Assembly: GCA_965200965.1 (NCBI GenBank)
Contig: OZ241744.1
Location: 1,440,001 to 1,504,000 of the forward strand
Origin: an uncultured Candidatus Binatia bacterium
GTDB lineage: Bacteria > Desulfobacterota > Binatia > Bin18
Length of the DNA: 64,000 nucleotides
Direction of reading: 5' to 3'
Part shown: positions 1 through 9,267 of the stretch, in pieces
How positions within the stretch are numbered: the first letter of the stretch is position 1
How the letters are laid out: every line of letters begins with the position of its first letter
Made by a program: the position numbers and the translations under genes
Notes under the pieces: model-generated
The model's input: the letters and a program-made list of their open reading frames with translations, nothing else
What the model was told of the DNA's origin: nothing
The model's database searches: none

Positions 1-172
1 CCGGGCCCTCACCGCGCAGAATCATAACCCGCACCTCGGGGTCGTCGCCGACCGCGTGGAGCGTCTCGTACAGACCGTCACGCATCTCCACATTGTAGGC
101 GTTGAACACCTTGGGGCGGTTGAGTGACACAATGGCCAGACTGTTTTCTTTATGGTAGATGACCGCCGCCAT
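1..172 (-). CDS. Enoyl-CoA hydratase/isomerase family protein, N-terminal part (runs off window)
   Basis: Manual translation MAAVIYHKENSLAIVSLNRPKVFNAYNVEMRDGL...DDPEVRVMILRGEG; crotonase N-terminal LNRP..NA motif. Confidence 0.85.
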   Translation of the reverse strand, partial: MAAVIYHKENSLAIVSLNRPKVFNAYNVEMRDGLYETLHAVGDDPEVRVMILRGEGP

Positions 173-269
173 GCTTTGTCACTAGCGGGTCAGGGGTGCT
201 GGGTAAAGGGTGCTGGGTAAAAAGACGGGGGAGCGACTGAGGGTGCTGTCGCTGTAGAGGGACGGCCGA

Positions 270-1211
270 TCAACGCGCTCCTTCGCTCTGATCAAGGTCC
301 AAGTACCGCTGTTCGAACTGCGAGAGTACTCCCCTTTCTCCCATCAGTGGCTTCCAGGCCCTTACCACATCGGCCAGGGTAAACGCTGAGAATGTTGCAT
401 CGTTGCGCAAGAGCTCGCGGTATCCCCTGATTACGCGGCTGCAATCATGATCTTCAGGGTGATATACGACCGCCAAGCGACCTTCTTTGTACTTTGATTT
501 GGGATGTCGCAGCAAAGACCACGCGAGCAGATGGTCGCGCCAGAGTTGGTTGTGCTTCTTTTCATCAATATCATTGCTGGCATTTTCTCCCCCCCAAGGG
601 GAGTTCGGCATCTTCCACCACCTTCGATACTCCGGCTTGTCCTTCCTGTAGTATTTCTGCGAGAATGGCTCGGTCAGCTTGGTCTCGATCCCGACAAACC
701 CCGCCTGCGCGTCAGCCGTTTCGTACCCAATGAACGCATCGAACGCCGTGCGGTCGTCCAGATACTCAGCACGGGGTTGTGGAGCCCACTCAAAGCACAC
801 GCCTGTCACTCGCACGATGTGAGCTCCCCACAGTGCGCGCGCCAGCCTGGTGGCCAACGGCAGGTCGAGTGCGAGTTCACCGAACAGGTTGAAACACATT
901 GGCTGACTCGACAGCATGTTTCTCTGGAGCCGAAATGGCTCCACCGTCCCAGAGCTTTCGGCAAGCCGTTGCTTAACTAACCCAAAGATGTTGTGTGTCA
1001 GGAAGTTAAGTCCAGCATCTGCCGACTCCTTGGTCAACATGTTCCCATAATAAGCAGTATCCGAAGGTCGGGGACCGGTTCCGTACGGCACCTTGAGCAC
1101 CTCATCCCTGTACCAACTCTGATGCAGCCTCATCCGCTTTGTGAAGGGCTTATCGCCCGTATATTGCGGGCCGAGGCCACGCCTTCCGCCGTTCGGCCTT
1201 TCATCAGCCAT
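270..1211 (-). CDS. PD-(D/E)XK-fold putative restriction endonuclease (PGN_0703-like)
   Basis: 313-aa ORF with NMLSSQPMCFNLF, DRTAFDAFI...GIETKLTEPF (D...ExK) and NQLWRDHLLA motifs. Confidence 0.7.
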   Translation of the reverse strand: MADERPNGGRRGLGPQYTGDKPFTKRMRLHQSWYRDEVLKVPYGTGPRPSDTAYYGNMLTKESADAGLNFLTHNIFGLVKQRLAESSGTVEPFRLQRNMLSSQPMCFNLFGELALDLPLATRLARALWGAHIVRVTGVCFEWAPQPRAEYLDDRTAFDAFIGYETADAQAGFVGIETKLTEPFSQKYYRKDKPEYRRWWKMPNSPWGGENASNDIDEKKHNQLWRDHLLAWSLLRHPKSKYKEGRLAVVYHPEDHDCSRVIRGYRELLRNDATFSAFTLADVVRAWKPLMGERGVLSQFEQRYLDLDQSEGAR

Positions 1212-1251
1212 ATGGTTTCCCCTTACCTAATGCCGGGACAGGCAATCGTGT

Positions 1252-2820
1252 CTAGGCGGCCCCTCTGTTCCAGGTTCTGTGCCACACGATTTTGCCGCCG
1301 ACGATCGTGGTGGTTGCCGACAGCGAACCGATGGCCTGGGCTGGGACCGCACTCATATCATCGTCAAGGAGCACCAGGTCCGCCAGCATTCCCGGCGCGA
1401 TCTTGCCCTTCGTGTCTTCTTCAAAGCCTACCCAGGCGGCCGCGCTGGTGAAAAGCCCCAGCGCCTGGGCCAGGCTCACCCGCTCCACCGCATTCACCGC
1501 CCGGCCGGTCTGAGACTGTCTGGTGCGGGCCGCGGCGATGCTGGCCAGCGGGGCCAGTGGTCCAACCGGACAGTCTGAGCTGCCCGCCACCGGGATACGG
1601 CGGTTGAGCAGGCTTCTCGTCCGGTACAGCCAGGGGTGGATTTCGGGCGCAACCTCAGCCGTGTATTTGTCTCCGTACCAGTACACAAATCCGGGCTGGG
1701 TGACGACCGCGCAGCCGCTTCTTTTCAGTTGATCCAGAAACGGCGGTGGACACAGCGCGCAGTGTTCGATCCGGTGGCGGTGGTCTGGGCGCGGCAGCCC
1801 TTGCTGGGCGTGTTCCAGCGCATCAAGAGCCAGGCCGATGGTGGCTTCTTCGACGGCGTGGAAGGCCAGCTGGAAGCCGTGTTGATGGGCACGCCAGACC
1901 ATGCGCCTGAGTTCCTGCGGCTGTGGATAGAGCATGCCCCGGCTCTCGTGCAACATGATTTTGATACTGCCCAAGCGGACCTGCTCGTCCCCGCTAAAAG
2001 GTCCGAGCCGGGCTTCGAGGAGCTGGTCCAGGGCTGCACTACCGAGCATGACAGTGGCCCGCGAAGTCAGTAGCCCGTCTGCCCTCAACTGCTGAAAGAC
2101 CGCCAGATCGTCAAGGGTATTGCCGGCGCTGGCGTCGTGGAATGAGGTCACGCCCAGGCGCAGCAAGTCTTGTCCGGCCCGTTGCAGGCCAGCCCGAAAT
2201 TCGGCCGCGGGCAGGCCAGGAATAACGGTCCGCAAAAAGGGCTCAAGTTCGTACACTACACCTGTTGGCCGGCCGCTGGGGTCGCGTTCGGCGTGGCCGC
2301 CGTCACGGTTGGCAAAGGACGGGCCGATGCCGGCGCGTTGCAGGCCGGCGGTGTTGAGCACCGCGGCATGGCCGGAGCGGTGGCGGACCACAACCGGCCT
2401 GTCACGACACACTGCGTCAAGGTCATCTCGGGTCGGATGGCGTTTTTCGCTCAGCAGGAAGTCCTCGTAGCCATAGCCGCGCAGCCATTCTCCGGGCTGG
2501 AGCCGGGGCAGACTACGCGCCAGGGTGTGGCGTAGCTCGGCCATTGATCCGGCACCGCTGAGATCCGCGCCACACAGTCGGCTGGCCCAAGAAAAGAGGT
2601 GGAGATGCGGATCAATGAAGCCGGGCAGAACGGTGTGACCGTGGCAGTCCAGCAGATGGGTGTGGCACGCAATATACGGCCGGAGGTCGGCCGTTCTGCC
2701 AACCGCCACGATCCGCTCGCCGGCTATGGCCACGGCTTCGGCGGTCGGGCGGTTCGGGTCCTGGGTGAGAACCCTGCCGCTATGCACCACAAGGTCGGCC
2801 GGGCAGACGGGCAGCGACAT
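1252..2820 (-). CDS. Amidohydrolase 3 (YtcJ-like) metal-dependent hydrolase
   Basis: PGFIDPHLH, HRIEHC, GSSDCPV, GKIAPGMLADLVLLD motifs; start placed at ATG 2820 because a terminator occupies 2834-2860. Confidence 0.88.
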   Translation of the reverse strand: MSLPVCPADLVVHSGRVLTQDPNRPTAEAVAIAGERIVAVGRTADLRPYIACHTHLLDCHGHTVLPGFIDPHLHLFSWASRLCGADLSGAGSMAELRHTLARSLPRLQPGEWLRGYGYEDFLLSEKRHPTRDDLDAVCRDRPVVVRHRSGHAAVLNTAGLQRAGIGPSFANRDGGHAERDPSGRPTGVVYELEPFLRTVIPGLPAAEFRAGLQRAGQDLLRLGVTSFHDASAGNTLDDLAVFQQLRADGLLTSRATVMLGSAALDQLLEARLGPFSGDEQVRLGSIKIMLHESRGMLYPQPQELRRMVWRAHQHGFQLAFHAVEEATIGLALDALEHAQQGLPRPDHRHRIEHCALCPPPFLDQLKRSGCAVVTQPGFVYWYGDKYTAEVAPEIHPWLYRTRSLLNRRIPVAGSSDCPVGPLAPLASIAAARTRQSQTGRAVNAVERVSLAQALGLFTSAAAWVGFEEDTKGKIAPGMLADLVLLDDDMSAVPAQAIGSLSATTTIVGGKIVWHRTWNRGAA

Positions 2821-2833
2821 GGCGTTTGACAGC

Positions 2834-2860
2834 AAAAAGGTCGATGCGTGGCATCGACCT
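2834..2860 (-). terminator. Intrinsic terminator after the desulforedoxin-like gene
   Basis: Perfect 10-bp stem AGGTCGATGC / GCATCGACCT with 3-nt loop, followed by a T-run on the minus strand. Confidence 0.7.
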
Positions 2861-2888
2861 GTGAGCCGAAATGAAGCGCCGGGTGCGC

Positions 2889-3029
2889 TTAGTCGGACGA
2901 CGGCAGGGGTTTTGCCTCTTTGAGCGGCATATCTGCATCACAGCAGTTCAGCGTGCCGTCGCCGGGTTTGTTGCACAGAACCTCAGTCCCACAGGTTCCA
3001 CACATATAGCGTTTTCCCAACTGAGCCAT
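2889..3029 (-). CDS. Desulforedoxin-like small metal-binding protein (46 aa; absent from ORF track)
   Basis: MAQLGKRYMCGTCGTEVLCNKPGDGTLNCCDADMPLKEAKPLPSSD; CxxC...CC pattern; AGGAGGG RBS upstream; own terminator. Confidence 0.8.
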   Translation of the reverse strand: MAQLGKRYMCGTCGTEVLCNKPGDGTLNCCDADMPLKEAKPLPSSD

Positions 3030-3059
3030 GCTACCCTCCTTGCATATGTGATCGTCCCC

Positions 3060-4130
3060 TCACTCCCAGGGGAATGGAAGGACAGTCACCTCTGCTATCA
3101 TGGGTGTTCCGTTGGTGTCAATCCGCAGCTGGGTGCCCGGCTCGAGATGCTCACGGCGGACATAGCCGAGGGCGATGGGACGACCCAAACAGGGAGAGAT
3201 GACGGCGCTGGTGATCCAGCCGACCTCCCTGGTATCGTGGAACAGCTTGTCCCCGCTCTGGGGCGGAACCGCCCCCCGCACCAGCAGGCCGCTGAGTTTG
3301 CGATTCACCCGTCCACGCGCCGAGGCGCGTTCGACCACCTCCTGGCCCAGATAGCAGCCCTTGTTGAAGCTGATCGTGTGCTCAAGGCCGACTTCCAGCA
3401 CGATGCGGTCTTCGTCCATGTCAAGGCCGTACCACGGAATCCCGGCCTCAATTCGCAGTATATTGAGCGCGTGTAAACCGACCGGGCACGCCCCGAGCGG
3501 CTGGCCGGCCCTGACGAGGGCCTGCCACACCGCCTCGGCCCGCGGCCGGGGAAGCAGGAGTTCGTAGCCGTTCAGGCCGGTCTCGGGCACACGAACGATG
3601 CGGACGGGCGTTTCGGCCAGCCGGACTTCCGTGTGCTGGCCGGCGTCGGTCAGGCTGAGTGAGACGCCGGCCGCGGTGAGCAGACCTGGGGCCAGCGGTC
3701 CCAGGACGGCAAGCGTGGCTTGGCCCAGAGCCTCCAACTCCACGTCATCGGCGATGATGAAGCGCTCGAGCGCGGCGACCGTCTTGTCTTTGATCCGGGC
3801 GTCAAGGTCGAGCAGGAAGCGGTCTTTGAGCGCATACACCCGCAGGTCGGCCACAATCCGGCCGTGCTCTGTCAACAGGGTTGCCGGACAGCCCTGGCCG
3901 GGCTGCAAGGAGCCGACATCGTTCGACACCATGCCTTGCAAAAACGAGACGCGGTCTTCTCCGCTCATAGCGAGCTGGACCCGGAAGGACAGGTCGATAA
4001 TCCCGGCCGTGTGGTGGACAGCCCGGTATTCTTGCTCAACATTGGTAAAGCGCTCGGGCAGGCGAATGCCCCGGTCGTCAATCAAGGCGGCTCCGTGGGC
4101 AGTGTGCCAAGCCGTCAGCGGGGACTGCAT
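3060..4130 (-). CDS. YgfZ/GcvT-family folate-binding aminomethyltransferase-like protein
   Basis: KGCYLGQE signature, RIEAG motif, GcvT-like N- and C-termini. Confidence 0.88.
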   Translation of the reverse strand: MQSPLTAWHTAHGAALIDDRGIRLPERFTNVEQEYRAVHHTAGIIDLSFRVQLAMSGEDRVSFLQGMVSNDVGSLQPGQGCPATLLTEHGRIVADLRVYALKDRFLLDLDARIKDKTVAALERFIIADDVELEALGQATLAVLGPLAPGLLTAAGVSLSLTDAGQHTEVRLAETPVRIVRVPETGLNGYELLLPRPRAEAVWQALVRAGQPLGACPVGLHALNILRIEAGIPWYGLDMDEDRIVLEVGLEHTISFNKGCYLGQEVVERASARGRVNRKLSGLLVRGAVPPQSGDKLFHDTREVGWITSAVISPCLGRPIALGYVRREHLEPGTQLRIDTNGTPMIAEVTVLPFPWE

Positions 4131-4141
4131 GTGACACCTCC

Positions 4142-5230
4142 TCAGGCCGGAGCGGCGTTCAGGCGGCGCAACTCCCGCACCGCCCGAATGCGTTCCTGGG
4201 CCAGGGTGACGGCCAACCGATGGGCGGGGATGCGGCGTTGCTTGGCCTCGGTAAACAAGGTTTTGAGCGTGGTATAGATGGTTTCGGTTTTAGCCTGGGC
4301 CCGCTCACGCCGGTAGCCGCCGGGGCCGAGTTCGTCGGCAACGTTGATGAGGCCGCCGGCGTTGATGGCGAAATCGGGTGCGTACAGAATGCCCCGGTCG
4401 AACAGGGCGTCGCCGTCCTCGTCGCTCAGCAGTTGGTTGTTGGCCCCGCCGCCAATGATCCGGCAGCGCAGGTGGGGAATGGTCTGGCTGTGAAACAGGC
4501 CGCCGGTGGCGCACGGGGCCAGGATGTCGCACTCCTGGCTGTAGATGTCCTGGGGGCTGACCACCCGGGCCTGGAAGTCGGCCTCGGCCTGCTGGACGCG
4601 GCTGGCGTCCACATCGGCCACAATGAGCCGCGCTCCGGCTTGGTGCAGGTGGCGGGCCAGGGGATAGCCGACCTTGCCCAGACCGGGCAGGGCCACGGTC
4701 TTGCTCCCGAAGTCGTCCGTGCCGTCCAGCTCTTCGAGACACGCCCGCTGGCCGCAGAAGATGCCCCAGGCCGTCATCTCTGAGGGGTCGCCGCCACCGC
4801 CACAGACCTCTTCCCGGCCAACGCCAAAGCGGCTCTCTTTGCGCACCCGTTCAATATCCGCGGTTGAGGTGCCCATGTCTTCGGTCGGGATGTAGTGGCC
4901 GGCCAGCGATTCAATCGCCCGGCCCAGGGCGCGGAACAGCATCTCTCGCTGCGGCTCGGTGACGGGACGCTCGGCAATCACTACCGCCTTGCCGCCGCCG
5001 TAGTCCAACCCGGCCAGCGCGGCCTTGTAGGTCATGGCTTGGGCCAGCCGCAGGGCGTCGGTAACGGCCTCGGCCTCAGTCGCATAGGCCCGCCGGCGCA
5101 TCCCGCCCAGGGCCGGCCCCAGGGTCGTGTCGTGGATGGCGACGATCGCTTTCAGCCCGACCGAGCGGTCGGCGCAAAAGACCACCTGTTCGTAGTCTTC
5201 GGCGTGCATGGTGTCAAACAGCGCAGTCAT
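4142..5230 (-). CDS. Glu/Leu/Phe/Val dehydrogenase (leucine dehydrogenase-like)
   Basis: IAIHDTTLGPALGG-like, MTYKAALAGL..GGGKAV, GLGKVG, GGANNQL, YAPDFAINAGG motifs. Confidence 0.92.
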   Translation of the reverse strand: MTALFDTMHAEDYEQVVFCADRSVGLKAIVAIHDTTLGPALGGMRRRAYATEAEAVTDALRLAQAMTYKAALAGLDYGGGKAVVIAERPVTEPQREMLFRALGRAIESLAGHYIPTEDMGTSTADIERVRKESRFGVGREEVCGGGGDPSEMTAWGIFCGQRACLEELDGTDDFGSKTVALPGLGKVGYPLARHLHQAGARLIVADVDASRVQQAEADFQARVVSPQDIYSQECDILAPCATGGLFHSQTIPHLRCRIIGGGANNQLLSDEDGDALFDRGILYAPDFAINAGGLINVADELGPGGYRRERAQAKTETIYTTLKTLFTEAKQRRIPAHRLAVTLAQERIRAVRELRRLNAAPA

Positions 5231-5246
5231 GGCCGTTTTCCCCGGT

Positions 5247-5552
5247 TCAGACCTCAACCAGAATGTCGTCGCCGTCAAGTTTGACCGCGTAGGTGTCTTG
5301 TTTCACGTCCGGGTCGTCAAGGTTCTCGCCGGTCGTCACATTGTATTCCCAGCCGTGCCAGGGGCAGATCACGGTCGTGCCGTCAAGGTCGCCCTCGTCC
5401 AGCGGGCCGCCCTGGTGGGGGCAGATATTGTCAATGGCGTAATACTTGCCCTCAACCTGGAAGATGGCGATCTGCTTGTCTTCGACCTCAACGCACTTCC
5501 CCCCGCCGTCCGGGATGTCACTCTTGTGGGCGACTTTGATGAAATCTCCCAT
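5247..5552 (-). CDS. Rieske [2Fe-2S] ferredoxin
   Basis: CPHQGGPL...CPWHGWEY Rieske ligands; GGAGG RBS. Confidence 0.92.
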   Translation of the reverse strand: MGDFIKVAHKSDIPDGGGKCVEVEDKQIAIFQVEGKYYAIDNICPHQGGPLDEGDLDGTTVICPWHGWEYNVTTGENLDDPDVKQDTYAVKLDGDDILVEV

Positions 5553-5639
5553 GCCTTGTCCTCCTCCCATGCAAAAAAGCCCCTCTGTCAGCGCGGGCAG
5601 AGACAGAGAGGCCGGAGAATCTCAGGGGGCAGACGGCTC

Positions 5640-6146
5640 CTAGCCGCCGTAGAAGACCTTGTCACCCAGGTCGGCCATAATCAGCGTGGCGGCGTCGGCC
5701 CGGCCCTCGGGCTGTCGCTGGACAACCGCGTCAACCACCTTGCCGATAAAGACCGAGTGGTCGCCATTCTCAACCGTCTGCTCCAACGAGCACTCGACAT
5801 AGGCCGGGACGCTCTCCAGCACGGGCGAGCCGGTACTGCCGGCTTTGTAGGCTTCGCCGTTAATCGTATTGCCGTCCTTCTCAACCGGTTTGAAAAAGGC
5901 AAAAGCCGGGCCTTGTTGTCCCTTGCCCAGGATGTTCAGGGCAAAACAGCCGGCTTTTTTCACCATCTCGTGTGCGCTTGAGTCGCCCTTTACGCCGACC
6001 ACCACCAGCGGCGGGTCAAAGGCGGTTTGCGTCACCCAGTTGACGGTTGCCGCGGCAATCTCGCCGTCTTTTTCAGCGGTCAGGACATACAGGCCATACG
6101 GAATCATGCGTAAGGCGGTCTTTTTGGCGTCTGCATCCATGCTCAT
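5640..6146 (-). CDS. Flavin reductase family protein
   Basis: IPYGLYVLT, FDPPLVVV, GDHSVFIGKVV motifs; true start MSMDADAKK, upstream part of the ORF-track call is not homologous. Confidence 0.88.
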   Translation of the reverse strand: MSMDADAKKTALRMIPYGLYVLTAEKDGEIAAATVNWVTQTAFDPPLVVVGVKGDSSAHEMVKKAGCFALNILGKGQQGPAFAFFKPVEKDGNTINGEAYKAGSTGSPVLESVPAYVECSLEQTVENGDHSVFIGKVVDAVVQRQPEGRADAATLIMADLGDKVFYGG

Positions 6147-7151
6147 TCTCCCTCGTGCAGTGTATTGTCGGGCCTTGTATCCGGCCTGTCCGTGGCGCGC
6201 AAGCCCTCGGCCTGTTGCGTCCGTGGGAGCTGAAAGATTTCGAGGCGTCCCGCGCAGCCGGCGCTGTCCTCCCATTTCGCTTCGCAGGTATCTGTTCCGA
6301 GGCTGCCGGTAAAGATTCCCCATTGGTTGTCGTCGTTGTCGTCTATGAGCCATTGCCCGACATACAGCCCGTTGTGAGCACAGACCTCGCCAGAAACCCT
6401 GAAACTTCCAAATGGAGGGGTGCGAGTAGAGCCGCGTATCCTCCCATCCTCTATTTCCACGCGCATAACCCCTCTGGCCGCTGTACACATCACGTCATCA
6501 GGGGGCCGGTTGCTGGGAGGAGGATAGAAGCGAATATACCAGTATCCATCAAAGTCTCCTCTCTGCGCTCTTGGGCATGGCAGCGGCGGTGGCCGGAGAA
6601 CCGGCTGTCGTGCCACGGTATCGGGCACCCCCGGTTCCGCTAAAGCCTGGTGACAGGCACCAGCCTCTAATATCATCACTTGCGACGGTCTCCAGATGTT
6701 GAGTGCTGGTATTCCACTCAAACCATGTGATCTCGCCGGGGGAGGGGAAATCCGGTATCTGGGCCCGGGCCGCTCTTCCACTATCCTGTGTCAGAAACTC
6801 CTCTCCGGTAGTCGCTACCGTAAATGTGCTTCTGTCGAACTCCACGCCGTTATCGTAGGCGACTGCGGTGTGCCACCCATCGCCGAGGATGGCCCAGTTC
6901 CAGTAGGTGACAAAGCCGTTGTACCCGTCATCACGACATACCGGGATGGTATCTGCACGGGGCAACCCGTACTGAGTGGGCAGCGGTTCTCCTCCGTCAA
7001 GTCTGACCGTAACTGTGCCGGCCCTGCACTTCCAGCCGGAGATGACCCCGATGCCCGACAGTTTGTCACCGTTGCCGGGAATCTCAAGATTCGCTGCGTA
7101 AGCCAGCGACGGGGCCAGGGCAAGCAGCCCGAGCCACAGCAGAAAAGACAT
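6143..7151 (-). pseudogene. Secreted hypothetical protein split by a frameshift near 6600-6690
   Basis: Signal peptide plus LEIPG..SGIGVISGWKC domain in frame 6549..7187; a protein-like C-terminal region continues in frame 6143..6781. Confidence 0.55.
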
Positions 7152-7329
7152 TCTACCCTCCCCAAAAAACCCTGAGATTATTGTCACCGCCGTATTGTAT
7201 TTTGTCCGTACAGGGGGCGCAAGTCCTGACGCGCCGAGCCAGGACGCAGGTCAGGACGCGCGTTGACTTTGTGGCCGCTGCCGGGCTGGGGTCGGGCCTG
7301 TCGCCGGTGTCGCCCCGGCTGGAGCAGGC

Positions 7330-7698
7330 TTATTCATCCGTGTAGTAGATGCGGGGTACGCGCCAGCGTTCCAGCAAACCGGGCGTGTCCTTGGCCGCGG
7401 TTTTGAGGTGGGCGGCGTGGTGGTCCATATCGGCGTAGAGCCGGGCTACGTCTATACGGTGGTGGCTGGGACGATAGTTCTCAAGACGCATGAGCCCCTG
7501 GGTCAAAAGATTGACCGTGCCCTGTGAGGCTCCACGGTGGAAGCGCAGGTGGAGGCCGGTGGCAAAACGGATCAGGGCTTCATAGAAGGCGTGGTCTTCT
7601 GGCGCGATTTCAGACCACGCCTCTTCCAGAACCTGATGACAATTGAAATACTCGCGCCGGTTGAACAGGCGCACAGCCTCTTGCAGTTTCGGGTGCAT
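7330..7698 (-). CDS. DUF309 domain protein
   Basis: LFNRREYFNCHQVLEEAW motif. Confidence 0.85.
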   Translation of the reverse strand: MHPKLQEAVRLFNRREYFNCHQVLEEAWSEIAPEDHAFYEALIRFATGLHLRFHRGASQGTVNLLTQGLMRLENYRPSHHRIDVARLYADMDHHAAHLKTAAKDTPGLLERWRVPRIYYTDE

Positions 7699-7760
7699 GG
7701 CAGCAACCTAAAACGGGACACCTGAAACGTAAAGACGGCTGACGAGAAAGGAAGAAGCCC

Positions 7761-9206
7761 ATGCCTATTCGGACGGTTGAGCAGTATAAAGACAGCCTCA
7801 AAGACGACCGCGTGGTGTATCTGCGTGGCCAGCGGCTGACCAATGTGACCGAACATCCGCTGATTCACAAGGCGATTGAGCACGAGGCCACCGACTATCG
7901 CTTGATGCACGACCCGGAGTTCCGCGAGCTGGCCGTTGTGCGCCATCCGGCCAGTGGTGAGGAGATGAGTCGGTATTTTCTGCCGCCCAGCAGTGCCCAA
8001 GCACTGCTCAAGCGCAGCGAGCTGATTGAAACGGCCTGCCGCGAGGGCGGCACGCTGGTGGTGCTGGCCAAGGTGGTCGGCAGTGATGCCCTGTTTGGCC
8101 TGACACGGACCTGTCACAAGGTTGATGCGGCCCTGGGCACGAGCTACGCCGGGAACGTCAAAGCCTTTTATGAGACCTGCTGGCGCACTGACCTGAGCTT
8201 TGCCCTGGCCCAGACCGACGTGAAAGGCGACCGCTCACTCCGCCCCTCTGAGCAGGAAGACCCCGACCTGTACCTGCACATTGTTGAGGAGAGGCCCGAC
8301 GGCATTGTTGTGCGCGGGGCAAAAACCCATACCTCCAACACGACCCACGCCAACGAAATGATCGTGCTGCCGACCCGGGCAATGGGCGAGGCGGATCAGG
8401 ACTACGCGGTGTCCTTTGCCATTCCGCTCAACGCGCCGGGCCTCAAGCTGCTGATGAGCGGCTATGGCTCCTACACCGAGCGCAACGCGTTTGACCACCC
8501 GGTCAGCTCGGGCCTGAAGATGACCGAAACCCTGACGGTCTTTGATAACGTGTTTGTGCCCAAGGAGCGGATCTTTCTGAAGGGTGAATGGGAGTTTGCC
8601 GGTCCGCTGGCCCTGTCGTTCGTGGAGTACCACCGGCTGACCGCGATTTCCTACAAGCTGCCGTTTCTGGACCTGTTGGCCGGTGCCGGCCGGCTGATGG
8701 CCGAGTACAACGGGGTCGAAAAGGCGGCCCATATCAAAGACAAGCTGTTCTGGCTGGCCAGCTATGCCGAAACGATCCGCTCGCTGACCCATATGGCGTG
8801 CATGAAAGCCGTGCCAGGCGACGCCGATATGGTCATGCCTGACCCGGCCACGGTGAATATCGCCAAGCACCATTTTGCGGCCAATTTCCACCAGGCCCTG
8901 TCGCATGTCCAGGACATTGCCGGCGGTCTTCTGGTCACGGCCCCGGCCGTCGAAGACCTGCACAGCGAAGAGACCGGACCGCTGCTCGAGAAATACCTCA
9001 AGGGCAAAAAGGGGACCTCGGGCCGGGAGCGTTTGCAACTGATTAACCTGATTCAAGACATCACCGCGTCCGACTTTGGCGGCTATCAGGCCGTCCTGGC
9101 ACTGCATGCCGAAGGCTCGATGGAGGCCGAGAAGATGCAATTGTACCGCGAGTACGACTGGTCCAAAGTCAGCGATCTCGCCCGCCGTATGGCGCGCCTG
9201 CACTAG
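7761..9206 (+). CDS. 4-hydroxyphenylacetate 3-hydroxylase / 4-hydroxybutyryl-CoA dehydratase family flavoprotein
   Basis: AQTDVKGDRSLRPSEQEDPDLY, GIVVRGAKTH, VFDNVFVPKERIF; no CxxxC Fe-S motif of AbfD visible. Confidence 0.88.
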   Translation: MPIRTVEQYKDSLKDDRVVYLRGQRLTNVTEHPLIHKAIEHEATDYRLMHDPEFRELAVVRHPASGEEMSRYFLPPSSAQALLKRSELIETACREGGTLVVLAKVVGSDALFGLTRTCHKVDAALGTSYAGNVKAFYETCWRTDLSFALAQTDVKGDRSLRPSEQEDPDLYLHIVEERPDGIVVRGAKTHTSNTTHANEMIVLPTRAMGEADQDYAVSFAIPLNAPGLKLLMSGYGSYTERNAFDHPVSSGLKMTETLTVFDNVFVPKERIFLKGEWEFAGPLALSFVEYHRLTAISYKLPFLDLLAGAGRLMAEYNGVEKAAHIKDKLFWLASYAETIRSLTHMACMKAVPGDADMVMPDPATVNIAKHHFAANFHQALSHVQDIAGGLLVTAPAVEDLHSEETGPLLEKYLKGKKGTSGRERLQLINLIQDITASDFGGYQAVLALHAEGSMEAEKMQLYREYDWSKVSDLARRMARLH

Positions 9207-9267
9207 AGCGCAGTCGAGGAATCCAGTCTGAGCACCCCACCAGGCTGTCGCAGTTTCCCAGGAAGCT

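Noticed and set aside
194-221. GGGTGCTGGGTAAA tandem duplication
   Set aside because: Two adjacent copies with no spacer; simple slippage.
8235-9203. Long antisense ORFs and N-terminal extensions in the ORF track (e.g. 8235..9203, 20549..21526, 24216..25412, upstream part of 38530..39882)
   Set aside because: Typical stop-poor shadows in GC-rich DNA opposite well-supported genes.
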